From: Schmidtea polychroa
Lineage: Eukaryota
Assembly: GCA_044892525.1 (NCBI GenBank)
Contig: CM097885.1
Location: forward strand, 82,336,001-82,400,000
Reading direction: 5' to 3'
DNA: 64,000 nucleotides
The notes under the pieces were generated by a model. It saw only the letters and a program-made list of their open reading frames with translations, ran no database searches and had not been told where the DNA came from. This document shows, one piece after another, positions 59,053 to 64,000 of the stretch (its first letter is position 1; every line of letters begins with the position of its first letter). Made by a program: the position numbers and the translations under genes.

Positions 59053-62000
59053 ATGAAGTCTGTATTGTTGATTTTCTCTATTCTGTCTTTTCTGTTTGTT
59101 ATCGATGCTCAAGAAGAAGTAATTAATGTTGAACTTGGCGATACAGTTATTCTGCGATGCAAGCCGCAATCAGTGGTAACAAACATCCGAACAACATACG
59201 AATGGGTAGATCCTAGAAACAATTTACGAGGATCAAATGTCAATTTAACTATACCAAATTTTTCTTATGAACATGTAGGCAGATATACGTGCAAAGCTAG
59301 CCAAATTGTTGACGGTAGACTCACGACAACTAATAAATCGCTTCGATTACAAATCAGGGATCAGAGCGGTTACTATATTTATCATATATTTCCAATAATA
59401 ATTTGATTTGGTCTAGGTTCGAATAATTTCCAAGTGGTTATTCCACAAGTTTATGAAACATTTGTTGGCGGGATAATTTTTATATCATGTAAAGATACTA
59501 CCGGGGTGACAGCTAATTATAGATTCGAATGGATCACTCCGACTGGAGAAAAGCAAATTACATCGTCGCTTTTTAAAAACCAAGTCAGTCCCAAAGCTTC
59601 GGGCCAATACACGTGCAAAATGACTCGAGTATCGGATAATCAAGTATCTGAAGGTACAACTTTTGTGCAGGTTAAAGGTAAAATATCTTTATTTGTCGTC
59701 TAAATTCAAATGACCGTTATTTCAAGAACTTCCGATCAAAATTGAGAAAGTATCTGGAAACTATGTGTTTGGTGAAACGGTTGAGTTCAAATGCGAAGTC
59801 GATAAAACAAAGACTGATAAAAAATTATTCACAACGTTTCTCTATTCCTGGTTAGATTCGAGAAATAATGTCATTTCGAAAGATAAAATTTTGAAATTGA
59901 AACTCGACGACCTATCAAAGTTCGGAAAGTATCAATGTAGAATATCTGTTCCGTCTGTTCAGCCTCCATATATACAGAACCAAGAAATCGAAATCAGATT
60001 TACCGGTGGTCCAAACACTGGAGGTAAAATAATTTTTAATAATCTACTCTTAATCACTCAAAATCTTTTTATACAAAATTTAGGTAGATCAAGAACTGAA
60101 TATTCAACCCGTTTCATCAGCAATCCTAAAGTCATCAGATACTTTGAACCGCTAGAACTTAATTGCGAAATCAATCCACCTCTGGCAGACGCGACCTATG
60201 AAATCTACTTCAATGACAGACTAATTTCCCAGTCGAGCAGACACATTATTCCAAGACTGGATAAATTGAATATGGGAGTTTATCAATGCGTTACTAGGGG
60301 GAGAGATTCAAACACCAACGAAATGGTCAACTATAATTCTACCTACGTAATTCAGGCAGAATTTAAATCTGGGTCTAAAATCGGTATGTTGAAGTCATAA
60401 TTTACAAAAATCCCTTCAATTTATCAATTGATACAGAATTATCGAACCCACCGGGACCTCAAATCTTTGTTCGAGCTGGAGATAAAAGAGAATTGCACTG
60501 TGAAATCCCTGTAAACACAGAAGGGATACAGGGTAGAAATGCCATCTGGTACTTTAATAATAGAGAAATCACCCCGAACGATTATGCGAGATATGACATT
60601 TTAGTGGTCCCAAGACTATATGTGAGCATTATGGTACTTAAAGGTATTCAACAAGCCAATGAAGGAAAATACGAATGCAGAGTCCGAGGCGAAACCAAGG
60701 AGGCTTACATCATTGTAATGGCTAGTAAGTAAATACAGAATTTTCCCAGATTTTTTTAATTTAGCAAACAAAATTGGCAGCTTTTGACGATTTCAAAAGA
60801 AAGTGGTCTGCTGGAGCGTTGTCTTGTCGAATAGAATCTTTCATTCTGTTGACTTAAGCCAGGTACCAAATATGTAAACCTTTATAAACAAGATGCAGGT
60901 ATTAAAAATGGAGATGTACTATAGAATTTTCATTTATAAAAAGTTCGAAGTTAAGTATAAAATTGATATCCTTTCAAATAGAAATCCTGACCTTTTTCCC
61001 TATTTCTTGTGTTTTATGACTGGATATGTTTCTTTAGAATGGTTTGAACATACCAATCATCCTTCTAAGAACAATCTTCATTCGTATTTGAGCAATTATT
61101 TGATTATTTTCATCCACTTTTTGATCTGCTTATGAGTCAATTTGTGCATTTTTTGTCGGAGACTTTTACGCATAAGATCAAACTGTTATAAAGGACGATA
61201 AATGTTGTCTAATGAGATCATGAATTATAGTTTATTTTCTAGTTCACTAAAAAATGATACAAAATCCTTTCCTCAATCTACCTCAAAACAGCTCATAAAA
61301 TCATAGTTGAAACTTTGAATACAACACTTTGTTAATTTTCCCTTGATCATATCTTTGCCTTCAATCTTATCTATTTTTCGAATTGTCGCCAATGTCAAAA
61401 AAATAATGCATATGTAAATCATAAAAGAAAATAATCATCCTTGGAGTGATACAATTAGCCATATTTTATACCTTTAAGGTTTATTTATGATCGGAATATA
61501 AAGTCAATATTTATAATTCATAAAAAAACATAATTAATACATTTATTTCTTTAGAAAGCAGAAATACCGAAGTTTCTCCAAGTCTACAAACTCGAAAGGT
61601 TGGCGATGGAATACCAGTAGAATTTCATTGTAGAGTCGAAGGATATCGAACTAAAAATCGGGATGTTATATGGTCATTTTTAAGCAAAGAAACCGGACAG
61701 ATCACTAATTTGGAGCCAAGATGGAGCCGATCTGATGATTCAAGCGCAGAGGAAACTAGCTTTATTATTCTTACCCAAGCTGAAATGAAAGATGCAGGAG
61801 TTTATATTTGTACCGAACCTCAAACCCGAGATACTGCTCGAGCGACTTTAATAGTAGAAAGTGACCGTAAGTTCATTTGCAAATTAAAAACTAGCATATA
61901 TAATACAATAAATAAGAGCCTTAATAATATAAAAAACTAACCAATAATAAATTTGTATGTATTTCACTAACAAAATTGACAATAAGTAAGGTTCTTTGGT

Positions 62001-63985
62001 AATAAATAAGGTCTTATATTATAAAATGTTATAAAAATTTGATACAAGAAAAATAAATTTATACACGCAAGCACGATGCACAAAATTTCTATAATAAAAG
62101 TACACATCATTGGACAACAAATAAGAGCCTTATTTCAAATATAAAAAACGAATTACGCATTCTCCGAAGAAAATTTTGATGTTTCAACAACACCAATGAT
62201 TCCATACAAATAAATATGTAAGTTGTTTTAGTTAATTTGTTTTTAGATAGAAATTTTGCTGACTTCTTTTAAGAAAAATTATATTTAATTCTAAAAATTA
62301 TAAAAAGGGAAAATAATCAAAATATTAATTTATTAACAAGATTTATTACTTTCACAAATAAATATTATATAAATAAATAGTATATCTTTATGATTAAATC
62401 TGTCATGAATTCTAAAATATATTAAAAAAAATTATTATTAAATCAAAAGCATGAAAAAAAATTGCTAAATAATTTAAAAATTACAATTAAAATTTATATT
62501 ACACTGAAAAATTAATTAAGAATAACCTGTTCATTAGGGAAATTGAAAAGTCCTTACTTATTACGCTTTGATGTATATTTACATCCCGTATTTTAACGAG
62601 TATAAGTCGCACCCTAAATTTATGGACAAAATAAGTCACTTTTAAAAGGTATAAGCTTGCTTTAATTATCTCAAATAGCAAGAAACTCATCATACATAGT
62701 ACTACTAACACCTTGACAGTCTTCTGAAACATTGTCAATGTCTGAACCGCATATTTTTGTTTGTGATGTATAGAAAATTTTAACTTGCAGCGAATAATGG
62801 AAAATTAGAAAAATAGTGTTTTATATTAAAAATAGGGTAATTTCTTTTGTATGTAAATCTGTATTTAATAATTTATTTTCATTTCATTGGAAAAGGAAAA
62901 TATAACTTTTCAATAATTTGTGTCTTAGTTGAAAATATTGTATTTCCCCAATGTCTAATAAACGTTTAACAATATATAAATAGTCACCAATAAGACGTTT
63001 GGGTAAATTTTGTGGTGATTTCCTGGGAACCTTTGCGAAGTATGTCTGGTGATAAGTTGTTTGGAGTTCAATTGAACAATCCATTTCCGTAACTTTTGAA
63101 ACCTCTCGTAAAATATCACATGTCCAACACGAAGAGTTTCCAATACAATTTTTTTCAAATTCCATCACTGATTTCATTTCCATTGACATTGAATTTATTA
63201 AAAGGCTTGAAGACTATGAATCAATAAGTATATCGATGGTTGTGATATTTACGAATTTTCGGTACAGCCTTTTTCGAGTGAAATAATAAATACTTAAAAC
63301 GATTATTATTTTTAATAATAATTACTATTGAAAACTTGAATAAGGTAAATATTTTTATTTAAAATACTTTACTTAATATTCCTAAATCTGGAATAAGTAA
63401 ATGATAAATTTCAGTGAGGATCATTATAACACCTCCAATCATCAAACTCAGATCCGGACAAACAGCTACATTTCAATGCTATGTTTCGGGTGCAGGGAGA
63501 AGTCCTGATTATCCAGAATTTTTCATGGCTAATGGTGGCAGAGCAGCAGATAGTCAAAGAACAACTGTTGAAAGGTTGGAAGCAGGAAAAGTGCAACTTA
63601 CCTATCGAGCTGTGACCACAAATGACAATGGCACCCGATTCACTTGCCGTAAAGGAAGGTCTACTGCTGAAGTTATAGTCTTGGTTGATCCAATCTGTTC
63701 ATCTGGATCCAGATTATGTCGAAATGGTGAATGTATAAATTCAGCTAAATTCTGTGATGGAAAACCAGACTGTGCAGATGGATCAGATGAAGATCAAGAA
63801 TTTTGCCGTACATTATTATCTACACTAAAATAAAATTAACATCAAATCAGGACAATGCGATCCCCTGTCTAAGCGCTGCGAAATTCATAATGGTGTCGCA
63901 CCAACAAATCCAATTTATCAAGCACATTGGACCTGTGATGGTGAAGACGACTGTGGCAATGGATATGATGAAGCTAAATGCTATG
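59053..63985 (+). CDS. Secreted Ig-domain/LDLa-repeat host protein, perlecan (HSPG2/unc-52/trol)-like; 5' part, continues beyond the window
   Basis: Exons 59053-59368, 59417-59677, 59727-60023, 60084-60383, 60437-60724, 61555-61866, 63415-63807, 63851-63985, all joined by phase-1 GT-AG introns in frame. Signal peptide MKSVLLIFSILSFLFVIDA, seven Ig domains (C…W…Y.C), then LDLa repeats (CRNGECI…CDGKPDCADGSDE; WTCDGEDDCGNGYDE). Confidence 0.8.
60790..60900 (-). pseudogene. Possible Tc1/mariner transposase relic in intron 5
   Basis: The minus strand reads RQDNAPA, resembling the QDNAPAH catalytic motif; otherwise degenerate. Confidence 0.3.
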
Positions 63986-64000
63986 GTAACGTTTATAATA

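Noticed and set aside
62586-62615. pogo/Tc2-like terminal sequence CCGTATTTTAACGAGTATAAGTCGCACC in an intron
   Set aside because: Only one end is visible, with no partner TIR or TSD.

Overview
This is an AT-rich eukaryotic scaffold. Short 39-60 nt GT-AG introns and the transposon families present suggest an invertebrate, most plausibly a planarian flatworm (inference). About 58 kb of nested mobile DNA lies upstream of the 5' end of a spliced Ig/LDLa perlecan-like host gene (59053 to window end). (1) A complete 13,969-bp Polinton/Maverick (adintovirus-like) element spans 2415-16383, with a perfect 6-bp TSD (TCTTAT) and long TIRs. It carries pPolB, protease, major and minor capsid, integrase and packaging ATPase genes, most of them lightly decayed. 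It also has a TATA-binding-protein-like gene, at least six short phase-1 spliceosomal introns and an overlapping myristoylation-motif ORF. (2) A pol-less LTR retroelement spans about 31085-36732 on the minus strand, with a tRNA-Trp-type PBS, a CCHC gag, and a long disrupted frame with two ubiquitin-like domains leading into a chuvirus-type class III fusion glycoprotein. (3) A tandem duplication at 26058-27403 pairs a basic coiled-coil ORF with an approximately 210-nt non-coding element. That element shows compensatory base changes and ends in a tRNA-acceptor-like stem plus ACCA. The window also holds solo LTRs, a second Polinton relic, piggyBac, Merlin, hAT and Stowaway-like elements, and two assembly gaps. 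All protein family calls rest on motif recognition by eye; no database searches were run.
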